NCBI GenBank assembly: GCA_964532905.1
Contig: CAZHJM010000001.1
Span: 121,593-185,592 of the forward strand
Length of the DNA: 64,000 nucleotides
Source of the DNA: an uncultured Holosporaceae bacterium
GTDB taxonomy: Bacteria > Pseudomonadota > Alphaproteobacteria > UBA3830
Reading direction: 5' to 3'
Below are positions 28,449-38,520 of this stretch, piece after piece; the stretch's first letter is position 1; each line of letters opens with the position of its first letter. The notes beneath the pieces are model-generated. The model worked only from the letters and a program-made list of their open reading frames with translations. It did not search any database and was not told where the DNA came from. Both the position numbers and the translations under genes were made by a program.

Positions 28449-29519
28449 TTATCTTGATTTCAGTAATGCTCTATCCTTTTTATACTTTTCTAGAGCAAGT
28501 GTAATAAGATTATCTATGATTTGAGAATAATTAAATCCACTATGTTTTAGAAGCATAGGATACATACTTATATTAGTAAATCCAGGAATAGTGTTTATTT
28601 CATTTAATATAGGTTGTTTGTCTTTTGTTAGAAGAAAATCTATACGAGCCATTCCCTCGCAACCAATTATCTTGTAAGCTTTTATAGCCAAACTTTTTAT
28701 CTGTTCTGTAACGCTTGAATCAATATTCGCAGGTATTTGTAGTTTAGTGGCTGTATTATCTAAATACTTTGCTTCGTATGAATAAAACTTATCTTTTACA
28801 ATAATTTCACCGCATATATCAGAAACTTGAGGGAATTCATTACCAATAACACTACATTCTAATTCCTGTCCATCAATTGCTTCTTCTATTATCAATTTTT
28901 TATCATATTTAAATGCATCTTTTATAGCATCATCAAATTCTTGTTTATTTCTAGCTCTATATACTCCTACAGATGAACCAGAATTAGCAGATTTTACAAA
29001 TAATGTTTTTCCTAAAGATGAGGAGACATTTTCATAAGAAATATTAGTATTTGATTTATAAACGGTTATGCTTCTAGTTACAGGAATATTTTCAGATTTT
29101 AATATTCTTTTTGTTATATCTTTATCCATACAAACGGAAGAACTCATAATATCGCATCCAACGAATGGAATATTGAATATTTTTAATAATCCTTGAATTG
29201 CTCCATCTTCACCTAAATAACCATGTAAAATTGGAAATGCAACATCTATATATTCAGATAATTTATCATTGATGCAATCAGGAAAAGCACATAATTCTAA
29301 CCCATTAATTGCGGTCATTAGATTTGAATCATCTATTCTTAAATTATTTTTTATTTTTTCAATACCAAGATGGAATTTTTCTTTTTTATCAATTCCAATA
29401 GGTAATAAAGAATATTTGTTTCTATCTAAATGTTGAATAATATTCATAGCAGATATAATAGAAACCTCATGTTCTGTTGAACATCCGCCAAACAAAACAC
29501 CAATTCTGATTTTTTGCAT
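28449..29519 (-). CDS. ddl: D-alanine--D-alanine ligase
   Basis: 356 aa. IGVLFGGCSTEHEVSIISA, ATP-grasp motifs, and the C-terminal EINTIPGFT. Confidence 0.92.
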   Translation of the reverse strand: MQKIRIGVLFGGCSTEHEVSIISAMNIIQHLDRNKYSLLPIGIDKKEKFHLGIEKIKNNLRIDDSNLMTAINGLELCAFPDCINDKLSEYIDVAFPILHGYLGEDGAIQGLLKIFNIPFVGCDIMSSSVCMDKDITKRILKSENIPVTRSITVYKSNTNISYENVSSSLGKTLFVKSANSGSSVGVYRARNKQEFDDAIKDAFKYDKKLIIEEAIDGQELECSVIGNEFPQVSDICGEIIVKDKFYSYEAKYLDNTATKLQIPANIDSSVTEQIKSLAIKAYKIIGCEGMARIDFLLTKDKQPILNEINTIPGFTNISMYPMLLKHSGFNYSQIIDNLITLALEKYKKDRALLKSR

Positions 29520-29664
29520 TATATTTTCTCATTATTATTTCATCTGATTATAGTAATTTACTGTAAATATACAATAGCCTATTAATATTTATAATTTTAT
29601 TTAATTTGATTTTTTTTCTATATATGTGATACATTCATAAAAATATGTTGGAGGAGAAGGTTAA

Positions 29665-31767
29665 ATGTTTTCTGTAGATAAATTGTGTTATGGAGAACTA
29701 TTTGTCATTGGGTTAAGTATTCTAGCCTTAGCATATGGGCTATTAAATGCAGTAAATATGCTTAAACTTAATAAAGGAAATACTAAAATGCAAGAAATTG
29801 CAGGTGCTATTCAAAATGGAGCTTCTGCATACTTGAATAGACAGTATTCTACCATTGCAATAGTTGGAATAGTTGTAACTTTACTGGTATTTTATTTTAT
29901 GGGATTTTATTCAGCTCTTGGATTCGTACTTGGAGCGGTTTTATCTGGAGTTGCTGGATATATTGGAATGAATATTTCTGTAAGAGCAAACGTAAGAACG
30001 ACTGAGGCAGCTAAAAAAGGCGTAGAGTATGCTTTGTCTGTTGCATATAAGTCGGGAGCTGTAACCGGATTTCTCGTAGTTGGTTTAGGTTTAATTGGTA
30101 TTGCAGGTTATTATTTTTATCTTATGCATTATGTAACCAATACAAGATTGATATCCGAAGCTTTAATTGCAATGGGATTCGGTGCATCATTAATTTCAAT
30201 TTTTGCTCGACTTGGTGGCGGTATTTTTACAAAAGGAGCGGATGTTGGAGCTGACTTAGTAGGAAAAGTTGAAGCAGGTATTCCAGAAGACGATCCTAGA
30301 AACCCCGCTGTGATTGCCGATAATGTAGGAGATAATGTCGGTGACTGTGCAGGTATGGCAGCAGATTTATTTGAGACTTATGTCGTTACTATTGCAGCAA
30401 CTATAGTTTTAGCTCAAATTTCGTTTCCGAAATTTTTAAGTATTAGTTTTTACCCTTTAATAATTTCTGCAGTTTGCATTTTTGGTTCTATTTTAGGAAC
30501 TTACTTTGTAAAACTTGGGAAAAGTGGAAATGTAATGCATGCTTTGTATAAAGGATTATTTGCAACAATTATATTTTCTATGCTTCTCATTTGGGGAGCA
30601 ACTAATTTTATGTTTGGTAACTTAGAATTTGCTAATGATGGACTTACATTTACAGCAAATAATCTTTTAATATGTGCTATAAGTGGATTGATAGTTACCT
30701 TATTTTTAGTATTTATTACCGAATATTATACTTCTTATTCCTATAGACCAGTAATTAGTATTGCAAAAGCATCTACTACAGGACATGGTACTAATATTAT
30801 TCAAGGGCTTGCTATATCTATGGAAGCTACAGCTTTACCTATATTGGTAATTTGTGTCGGTATTTTGGTTTCTTATCTTAATGCTGGACTTTATGGTATA
30901 GCCATTTCCGCTACAACTATGTTAGCTCTTGCTGGAATTATAGTAACTTTGGATGCATATGGTCCAGTTACCGATAATGCAGGTGGAATTGCGGAAATGT
31001 CTGGATTACCTGAAACAGTGAGAAATGTTACTGATAAATTAGACGCCGTTGGGAATACAACAAAAGCTGTAACAAAAGGATATGCAATAGGATCTGCTGG
31101 ACTGGCTTCATTAGTTTTATTTTCAGCTTATACTCAAGATATTTCATTTTATTTTCCTGATTTAAATGTAAAGTTTGAGTTAGGAAATCCATATGTAGTG
31201 ATTGGTTTAATTATCGGTGGTTTATTACCATATTTATTTGGTGCTTGCGGTATGATGGCTGTTGGTAGAGCCGGGGGAGCAATCGTGGTCGAAGTAAGAC
31301 GTCAATTTAAAACCATAAAAGGCATTATGGAAGGTAAAGGTAAAGCTAAACCTGACTATAAAACTGCTGTTGATATTCTCACAAAAGAGGCTATCAAGGA
31401 GATGTTATTACCTTCATTATTACCGGTATTAACGCCTATAGTCTTATATTTTGTAATTGCTGAAGTAGCAGGGAATAAATCTGGATTAATTAGTGTCGGA
31501 GCAATGTTATTAGGAACTATTTTAACAGGATTATTTTTAGCTATATCCATGACATCAGGTGGAGGAGCTTGGGACAATGCTAAAAAATATATAGAAAATG
31601 GAAATTTTGGTGGAAAAGGTTCTGAAGCTCATAAAGCTGCGGTAACTGGTGATACTGTCGGAGATCCATATAAAGATACAGCAGGACCAGCAATTAATCC
31701 TATGATTAAAATTACAAATATCGTTGCTATATTACTTTTAGCATCTTTATCTAAAATTATCCTATAA
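29665..31767 (+). CDS. hppA: membrane-bound proton-translocating pyrophosphatase
   Basis: 700 aa with about 16 TM segments. Signature motifs are [41 protein letters not shown] and [14 protein letters not shown]. Confidence 0.95.
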   Translation: MFSVDKLCYGELFVIGLSILALAYGLLNAVNMLKLNKGNTKMQEIAGAIQNGASAYLNRQYSTIAIVGIVVTLLVFYFMGFYSALGFVLGAVLSGVAGYIGMNISVRANVRTTEAAKKGVEYALSVAYKSGAVTGFLVVGLGLIGIAGYYFYLMHYVTNTRLISEALIAMGFGASLISIFARLGGGIFTKGADVGADLVGKVEAGIPEDDPRNPAVIADNVGDNVGDCAGMAADLFETYVVTIAATIVLAQISFPKFLSISFYPLIISAVCIFGSILGTYFVKLGKSGNVMHALYKGLFATIIFSMLLIWGATNFMFGNLEFANDGLTFTANNLLICAISGLIVTLFLVFITEYYTSYSYRPVISIAKASTTGHGTNIIQGLAISMEATALPILVICVGILVSYLNAGLYGIAISATTMLALAGIIVTLDAYGPVTDNAGGIAEMSGLPETVRNVTDKLDAVGNTTKAVTKGYAIGSAGLASLVLFSAYTQDISFYFPDLNVKFELGNPYVVIGLIIGGLLPYLFGACGMMAVGRAGGAIVVEVRRQFKTIKGIMEGKGKAKPDYKTAVDILTKEAIKEMLLPSLLPVLTPIVLYFVIAEVAGNKSGLISVGAMLLGTILTGLFLAISMTSGGGAWDNAKKYIENGNFGGKGSEAHKAAVTGDTVGDPYKDTAGPAINPMIKITNIVAILLLASLSKIIL

Positions 31768-31792
31768 CTTTATATAAAATTATAAATATTTT

Positions 31793-31815
31793 AGCCTCCT
31801 TATGGAGGCTTTTTT
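31793..31815 (+). terminator. rho-independent terminator of hppA
   Basis: Stem agcctcc / ggaggct with a 4-nt loop, followed by tttttg. Confidence 0.75.
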
Positions 31816-31904
31816 GTTAAATGAATTATTAGGATTCTTTTGGAATGAAAAATTCAGTTATTATGTCCTTTGATTTTTAGAATAAAAGGATCAAGATTTA
31901 TGAA

Positions 31905-32212
31905 GATTACCACTTCGCGCAATGGCGATAGAAGCACTTTCCTCACGCCACTTGCGTCATTCTGAGCGAGAGTAGCGAGCGTGAGAATCCACTTCTACAT
32001 TTAACATCCATGCCTGCTACAGTATTGTTATGGATCACCACGTCGCTTCGCTCCTCGTTATGACGAAAGGAGAAAAAGTCCCTTGCAATGACGAAAAGTA
32101 GAAGAGGCGGAAAATATATGTCTCCGTATTCTGAGTGAACGAAGTAGCATGAGAATTATTTTAGTACTCTCATTATGTTACGGATTGCCATGTCACTTCA
32201 TTCCTCGTAATT
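31905..32212. repeat. repeat cluster 8 (Q-R-Q-P-R-Q modules, minus orientation)
   Basis: Contains gcgtcattctgagcgagagtagcgagcgtgagaatcc, ttatggatcaccacgtcgcttcgctcctcgttatgacg and ggattgccatgtcacttcattcctcgtaa. Confidence 0.82.
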
Positions 32213-32242
32213 TAGTACCTTACAGTGAATTTTAGTCCTTTT

Positions 32243-32653
32243 TTAATAAATTTGCTCGATTATTCGTTGGTCTTTATTTTTAGAAAACCGTACTTTAATT
32301 GTATTTTTAGGAAGAAAATTCTCTATAATTTCGGGCCATTCAATAATAGTAATATACAATGGAAATGCTTCATCTATACCTAATTCATAAAATTCCTCTT
32401 TAGATTTCATACGGTAACAATCGATATGCCAAATTTCTGCTATATTAGATTGATAAGTTTGAATAATATTGAAAGTAGGACTACCGATATCAATAATATT
32501 TTGATTTAATGATTTGATAAAATATTTTGTAAAAGTAGTCTTTCCAAAACCTAAATTACCATATAAAGCAAAACACTGCCCAGGTGTTGCAAATTGCGAA
32601 AAATATTCAGCAACCACTTTAGTTTGGTCAAGAGAATTACAAATAAATTTCAT
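32243..32653 (-). CDS. tsaE: tRNA t6A37 biosynthesis ATPase TsaE
   Basis: 136 aa. P-loop YGNLGFGKTTFTK and the HIDCYR motif. Confidence 0.87.
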   Translation of the reverse strand: MKFICNSLDQTKVVAEYFSQFATPGQCFALYGNLGFGKTTFTKYFIKSLNQNIIDIGSPTFNIIQTYQSNIAEIWHIDCYRMKSKEEFYELGIDEAFPLYITIIEWPEIIENFLPKNTIKVRFSKNKDQRIIEQIY

Positions 32654-33231
32654 TATAAGTTAATTAACTGCTCTAATTTTTTATTATCTTTTGATAACAA
32701 TATTGATAGATTGCTTTTAATAATATCCGAAATAGAGTCTACTTGTTTTAATTGCTCATCTGTAAAATTTCCTAAAACATAAGAAACGACCATAGATTTT
32801 TCTGTAGGTCGACCAACCCCTATTCTAATTCGCCAGTAATCAATCCCGGCTAATCCATCAATACTTTTTAAACCATTGTGACCACCATTACCCCCTCCAA
32901 TTTTTATTTTTACACGACCAAAAGGTAAATCTATATCATCATGGAATACATATACTTGATTAATAGGAATTTTATAAAAATCTATAAGAAAACGTACAGC
33001 TCTTCCTGATAAATTCATAAATGTTAGAGGCTTTGCTAAAATAATTTTCAATCTATTTAGAGAAAATAAACTAATTTCAGCAACTCCACCTATTTTTTTT
33101 AAAAAATTAGAAGCAAATGAACTCGCAATTGCTTCTATTATTTTAAAACCAACATTATGTCTATTATAACAATATTTCGAACCCGGATTACCAAGCCCAA
33201 CTAATAAAAAGCTGTCATTATTCATAAACAA
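32653..33231 (-). CDS. pth: peptidyl-tRNA hydrolase
   Basis: LLVGLGNPGSKYCYNRHNVGF and GGHNGLKS signatures. Confidence 0.93.
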   Translation of the reverse strand: MFMNNDSFLLVGLGNPGSKYCYNRHNVGFKIIEAIASSFASNFLKKIGGVAEISLFSLNRLKIILAKPLTFMNLSGRAVRFLIDFYKIPINQVYVFHDDIDLPFGRVKIKIGGGNGGHNGLKSIDGLAGIDYWRIRIGVGRPTEKSMVVSYVLGNFTDEQLKQVDSISDIIKSNLSILLSKDNKKLEQLINL

Positions 33232-33232
33232 C

Positions 33233-33871
33233 TTATGCTTTTGCTTCTGTATTTTCTGTTGAAGTTGTTTCTGCTGACGCTTCTGTTTGTGTATCAGATT
33301 TCATTACAGTTGGAGCTACAACCGTAGCAATAGTCGAAATCTTAGCACTTACAGGTAAAGAAACCCCTTCAGGAAGTTTTAAATTATTAGAATGTACAGT
33401 TTGATGAAATTCAAAACCTGTTAAATCAACTTCAATATTCTCTGGAATTTTTTCTGGATCACATAAAACATCTATTTCGTGGGTTAACACATTTAACACT
33501 CCTCCGAGTTTTAACCCAGGTGAAGCATCTTCATGTGAAAAAATAATAGGAACACGTACAGTAACTTTGCTACCTTTACCTACTCTCATAAAATCAACAT
33601 GTAAAACTTGATCTGTCACAGGATGAATTTGAGCTTCTTTTGCTATAAATTTCTGTCCTTTCTTTCCAATTCCATGAATTTCAAATACTGTGGAGAAAAA
33701 ATTTGATTTATAAACATAACGATTTAATAAATCTCTAGAAATACAAATACTTTCTGGTTTTGATTTATCTCCATACACGATGCAAGGAACGAAACCATTT
33801 TTTCTATCTATTCTTGCAGCACTAGTTCCAAGGCTTTCTCTATTTTTTGCTTCTAAAACAACAGTAGCCAT
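33233..33871 (-). CDS. rplY: 50S ribosomal protein L25/general stress protein Ctc
   Basis: 212 aa. L25/Ctc N-domain (RKNGFVPCIVYG), a beta-barrel C-domain, and an acidic tail. Conserved rplY-pth order. Confidence 0.88.
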   Translation of the reverse strand: MATVVLEAKNRESLGTSAARIDRKNGFVPCIVYGDKSKPESICISRDLLNRYVYKSNFFSTVFEIHGIGKKGQKFIAKEAQIHPVTDQVLHVDFMRVGKGSKVTVRVPIIFSHEDASPGLKLGGVLNVLTHEIDVLCDPEKIPENIEVDLTGFEFHQTVHSNNLKLPEGVSLPVSAKISTIATVVAPTVMKSDTQTEASAETTSTENTEAKA

Positions 33872-33909
33872 TACAAAATCCCTTTTAATTTATTATCTAT
33901 ATCAACTTA

Positions 33910-34782
33910 CTATAATATAGCTTGAATTGTTTTAACTATCAATGAAACTATTGATAATTTTTCAAACTTGTTAGGATATTTTAATTTTTTTTGTATGCTA
34001 TCGGTTATTACAATTCTAGTAATATTAGATTGACTTAATAATTTTTCTGTTTTTTCATTAAAGACGGCATGAGTAGCATATGTCACAATTTCTTTAGTTC
34101 CCATTTTAAATAATTGGTCAGCAGAAAATAATAAAGTTTTTCCTGTATCAATAATATCATCGCATAAAATACATAACTTATTATCAAGATTGCAATTGAA
34201 AGAAATATGTACAATTTTTCCATTATCATCTCTGATTTTTTCTCCATTAATAGACGTGCATCCAAGTATTTTTGCTATACTATTAGAAATATGAGCCCTT
34301 CCTTTATCTGGCGAAACAATAATAACACCTTTGTTTTTGTAATGTTTTTGTATATCCTGAATAAATAATTCTTGTGTAGATAAATGTATCATTGGAATTT
34401 TTATATAAGGTTTATTATGACAATCCACAAAAATACAATAAAAAATATTTTTAAATGTTTCTAAAAAAGTTAAAAATAAAGTATCTGCCTTTGATGAAAA
34501 AGGAATATCTTTATCTTGTCGCGAATATCCGAGATATGTAATACATAATATTATTTTTTTCACATTCCTTAAAACGTTAAGGGTTAGAAAGAGTTCTATC
34601 CATGCTTCATTGGATGAAGTTTGAGTAATTATTATAACTTCTTCAGTATTAAAAGGATAAATTAGTACTTTTAATTCTCCACAATTAAATTTTTCAACAT
34701 AAGTTTTTCTACAAGGAACATCCAAATCATGTGCTATAAGTTTAGCTAAATGTTCTGAATTTGAAGTATATATAATATTCAT
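33910..34782 (-). CDS. prs: ribose-phosphate pyrophosphokinase
   Basis: 290 aa. GYSRQDK, VSPDKGRA, and the PRPP-binding loop CILCDDIIDTGKTL. Confidence 0.8.
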   Translation of the reverse strand: MNIIYTSNSEHLAKLIAHDLDVPCRKTYVEKFNCGELKVLIYPFNTEEVIIITQTSSNEAWIELFLTLNVLRNVKKIILCITYLGYSRQDKDIPFSSKADTLFLTFLETFKNIFYCIFVDCHNKPYIKIPMIHLSTQELFIQDIQKHYKNKGVIIVSPDKGRAHISNSIAKILGCTSINGEKIRDDNGKIVHISFNCNLDNKLCILCDDIIDTGKTLLFSADQLFKMGTKEIVTYATHAVFNEKTEKLLSQSNITRIVITDSIQKKLKYPNKFEKLSIVSLIVKTIQAIL

Positions 34783-35511
34783 TTACTTTAAACATATAAG
34801 TGAGATATTACGTCCGCATATTCCATTAGTATGATTTTTTGCATAGCGATAGCTAAAGTATTTGTCATGCTGTTTATATGTATCAATGTCTACTAAATTA
34901 ATATTATTAGATTTAATTCCTATTTTACGAAGAACCAAAGTACAAAATTTTGGTAAATCAAAATAATTACGATTCTTTACTGAAGAAAAGCAGCTATAAT
35001 ATTTAGAAAAATTCTTTATAAAATCATTATGCACTTCATAGCTATTACAATGAATGCATGGACCTATTATTGCTTGAATATCTGAAGGTTTACTACCTAA
35101 ATATTGCATTTTTTCTATAGTATTTTCTAATATTCCTGCGTAAGCTCCTTTCCATCCAGCATGAGCTGCACCTATAATTTTTTCGTTTTTATCAAAAAAT
35201 AATACCGGTGCACAATCCGCAGTTAAAATACCAATAGCAATATTTGTAACATTTGTAACCATTGCATCAAAATTCGAATCACTTTTTGAATCCTTATTAA
35301 CTATTAAACAGTCTGCCCCATGTACCTGATTTAAAGTTATTAATAAATCTGCATCTATAAATTGCTTAGCATAATTTAAATTTCGGTTTACATTTTCTAA
35401 TTCATCTCCAACGAACTTACTACAATTAAGTGAAGAGTATAAACCTCTACTATAGCCTCCACTTCTTCCAAAAAATGAATAAGAAATACAATCGATTTTT
35501 TTATTTAACAA
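34783..35511 (-). CDS. pgeF: peptidoglycan editing factor PgeF (YfiH/DUF152 laccase-domain protein)
   Basis: LNQVHGADCL, TADCAPVLFFD and AAHAGWKG motifs. Confidence 0.85.
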   Translation of the reverse strand: MLNKKIDCISYSFFGRSGGYSRGLYSSLNCSKFVGDELENVNRNLNYAKQFIDADLLITLNQVHGADCLIVNKDSKSDSNFDAMVTNVTNIAIGILTADCAPVLFFDKNEKIIGAAHAGWKGAYAGILENTIEKMQYLGSKPSDIQAIIGPCIHCNSYEVHNDFIKNFSKYYSCFSSVKNRNYFDLPKFCTLVLRKIGIKSNNINLVDIDTYKQHDKYFSYRYAKNHTNGICGRNISLICLK

Positions 35512-35517
35512 AATAAA

Positions 35518-35784
35518 TTAACTTTCTATAGAATTTGATTCATTTGATGGAGCCAATCCTAGTGCAACCATATATGTATCTAACAAAAGATCTTCATTTT
35601 CACGGTCTTCGGTCTTCATTTTTTTTAATTTGATAATTTTTTTCATAGTTTTTACATCAAACCCATCAGCTTTTGCTTGTTTGAAAACATCTGCAATATT
35701 TTCTTGAATTTCTACGCGTTCAACTTCTAAATTTTCAATTTTTTCAATATAAAGTTTTAATTTGTTAACATCGCTTGAATGCAT
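35518..35784 (-). CDS. gapR: GapR/DUF2312 nucleoid-associated protein
   Basis: 88 aa. LKLYIEKIENLEVERVEIQENIADVFKQAKADGFDVKTMKKIIKLKK...LLDTYMVALG matches the alphaproteobacterial DUF2312 pattern. Confidence 0.8.
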   Translation of the reverse strand: MHSSDVNKLKLYIEKIENLEVERVEIQENIADVFKQAKADGFDVKTMKKIIKLKKMKTEDRENEDLLLDTYMVALGLAPSNESNSIES

Positions 35785-35893
35785 GTCTATCCTCCATTAG
35801 TAACAAATAATTTTAATTGGAGATATTATATTCCTAGATTGATAAAAAGCAACTCATACAATATTATATACTATATTCCATTTGAGGCTTAAT

Positions 35894-36739
35894 ATGTTAC
35901 AAGCAACTTTAAAAGAACCCTTTACATTAAAAGGATTAGGTGTACATTCAGGAAAAGAATGTAGCGTAACTGTATATCCAACAGAAGAAGATAAAGGAAT
36001 AATATTTAAACTTAAAAATTCTCAATCAATAATTAGAGGCAATTTTGCTAATGTATCTGATACAAGAATGTGTACACAAATTTCTAATACTGAAGGACAA
36101 TCTTTAAAAACTATAGAACATTTAGTTGCTACTTTGTATGGTTTAAAAATTTCTAATGCTTTTATTGAAGTAGAAGGAGAAGAAATACCTATATTGGACG
36201 GCAGCGCAAAACCATTTGCTTCTGAAATAAATAAAGTAGGAGTAGAACTACAGTCGAAAAATCGTAAAATTATTAAAATTATAAAAAAAGTAAAAGTAAC
36301 TGATAATGAAAAATATGAAGAATTATCATCGGGCAATTCATTCACATTTAATATAAAATGTGATTTTGTAAAAAAAGGTTTACTTACTTCTGAGATAAAT
36401 TTTGATTTAAATAAAGATAATTTTTATGAAAATATAGCTCCTGCAAGGACATTTGGATTTATATCGGATGTAGAAATTTTAAGAAAAAACAATCTAGCGT
36501 TAGGAGCATCTTTAGAAAATACTGTTGTATATGATAATTATGGAAAACCTATGAATGCTGAAGGATTGAGATTCGAAAACGAATCCGTAAAACATAAATT
36601 ACTCGATGTTATTGGAGATTTGTCTTTATCAGGTTATTGGATTCAAGGGCATTTTTCTGCATTTTGTCCTAGTCATAAATTAAATAATATTTTATTGAAA
36701 TTATTGTTTAGCAATCCAGAAAATTATGAAATTTTATAA
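35894..36739 (+). CDS. lpxC: UDP-3-O-acyl-N-acetylglucosamine deacetylase
   Basis: LKGLGVHSGKE, TIEHLVATLYGL and HKLLDVIGDLSL motifs. Start set at the ATG (MLQATLKEP), 4 codons inside the TTG-initiated ORF. Confidence 0.93.
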   Translation: MLQATLKEPFTLKGLGVHSGKECSVTVYPTEEDKGIIFKLKNSQSIIRGNFANVSDTRMCTQISNTEGQSLKTIEHLVATLYGLKISNAFIEVEGEEIPILDGSAKPFASEINKVGVELQSKNRKIIKIIKKVKVTDNEKYEELSSGNSFTFNIKCDFVKKGLLTSEINFDLNKDNFYENIAPARTFGFISDVEILRKNNLALGASLENTVVYDNYGKPMNAEGLRFENESVKHKLLDVIGDLSLSGYWIQGHFSAFCPSHKLNNILLKLLFSNPENYEIL

Positions 36740-37755
36740 TGAATTATGTACTAGGAATAGAGTCGAGTTGTGATGAAACTTCAGCAGCTATAGTTTCTGA
36801 TTCTAAAGAAGTTTTATCGAATATTGTATATTCACAAATAGAAGAACATAAACCTTACGGTGGAGTCGTGCCTGAAATAGCAGCCCGTTCCCATTTAGAA
36901 AAAATTGATATAGTTGTAAAAAACACTTTAGAAAAGGCTAATTTACAATTATCTGAAATAAGCGCTATTGCTGCGGCTTGTGGCCCTGGATTAATCGGAG
37001 GATTAATTGTAGGTGCAACATTTGCAAAAACATTATCTTTGGCTACTAATATTCCATTTATTGCAATAAACCATATAGAAGCTCATGCATTATCTGTTCG
37101 TATTACTGAAAATGTAGATTTCCCTTATTTGTTAATGCTTGTCTCAGGCGGGCATTGTCAGATTTGCATTGTACATGATATTGATAAATTTGAAATTCTA
37201 GGAAAAACAATAGACGATTCAGTTGGAGAATCGTTTGATAAAGTTTCTAAAATACTAGGTTTTGGATATCCAGGAGGGCCAGCTATTGAAAAAATATATT
37301 TTGAAGCTAATCCAAATAATTTTAAATTACCCCATCCAATCTGCATAAAAGGTAATTGTGATTTTTCTTTCTCAGGCTTAAAAACAGCAGTATTAACAGC
37401 AAGTGAGAAATGTTACTCCTTACAAGAAAAAAAGGATTTAGCAGCAAGTTTTCAAAAAACTGTAACAGAAATATTATCATTTAAAATGAAACAAGCTTTA
37501 TTATTATGTCTTGCGAAAGGTATTAAAATTACATCTGCAGTTATAAGTGGAGGTGTAGCAGCAAATGTTATTATTCGTAATGCTTTAAATTCAGTTTGTA
37601 ATAAGTTTAACATTCCATTCTGTGCTCCTCCTATTAAATTTTGTACAGATAACGGAGCTATGATTGCTTGGGCTGGTATAGAAAAATTTCGAAAAAATAA
37701 ATTTAATGATTTAAATTTTAAACCTCGCCCTAGATGGGCATTAGGTGAATCATAA
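36739..37755 (+). CDS. tsaD: tRNA N6-adenosine threonylcarbamoyltransferase TsaD
   Basis: LGIESSCDETSAAIV, NHIEAHAL and SGGHCQI motifs. Confidence 0.95.
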   Translation: MNYVLGIESSCDETSAAIVSDSKEVLSNIVYSQIEEHKPYGGVVPEIAARSHLEKIDIVVKNTLEKANLQLSEISAIAAACGPGLIGGLIVGATFAKTLSLATNIPFIAINHIEAHALSVRITENVDFPYLLMLVSGGHCQICIVHDIDKFEILGKTIDDSVGESFDKVSKILGFGYPGGPAIEKIYFEANPNNFKLPHPICIKGNCDFSFSGLKTAVLTASEKCYSLQEKKDLAASFQKTVTEILSFKMKQALLLCLAKGIKITSAVISGGVAANVIIRNALNSVCNKFNIPFCAPPIKFCTDNGAMIAWAGIEKFRKNKFNDLNFKPRPRWALGES

Positions 37756-37795
37756 TTACGGATTATAATCTTTAAAAGGATTACACTAACTCATA

Positions 37796-38340
37796 GTCAT
37801 TCTGAGTGTTCCACTTGTTGCGAGGCAATCCATTGTGATTACATCTCTAGCGTCATTGCATGAAGTCATATAAGCTCTGCTTCTTCCGCTTGTCGTTATT
37901 GCGATTAGTACCCCCCTTTAGCGTCATCACTCGGAGACAATATTCTCTGCCTCTTCCGTTTGTCGTTACTACGATGAGTTTCTCCCTTTAGCGTCATTGC
38001 GAGGAGCAGAGCGACGTGGCAATCTATAATATGATGGAAACAGAAAAACACTTTAGAGAATGTTTGGATTCTCACGTTCACTTCATTCTCTCAGAATGAC
38101 GCTAGGGGCGTGGTGTGTTTTTACTCAGAATGTTCGAGGTACGGAAGAATAATCGCTTAGAATTACGGGAGTTGTAATGTAAGCAAGGCACCTATTCTGG
38201 CGTTATTATAAGGAGTCTTCTATCTATCGTCATTGCACAAAGCCATATGGGTTCCACCTCTTCCACCAGCGTCTATCTAGTCGTTGCAGCAGTTTGGAAA
38301 TATTAACTCCATGGTAATCTATGACGGAACAATCCATAAT
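37796..38340. repeat. repeat cluster 9 (largest; S-P-P-Q-R-S-P modules, + orientation)
   Basis: Three consecutive agcgtcat-initiated units of about 70 bp start at 37849, 37920 and 37990. They are followed by gacgtggcaatctataatatgatgg, ggattctcacgttcacttcattctctcagaatgacg and a further P copy near 38230. Confidence 0.85.
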
Positions 38341-38520
38341 ATTTACTCGTTTTAGGGGAATCCGTATTACATTCTGTATAAATAAAGGTTATTTTTAAGA
38401 AAAATCTACAAAATAGCTCATAAAATTTAATTATATTTAATAATTTATTAAATACTTTGCATAAATATATAATTTATATAAAATACAAAATATATTTGCG
38501 TAAATACGCCAGGAAATGAA

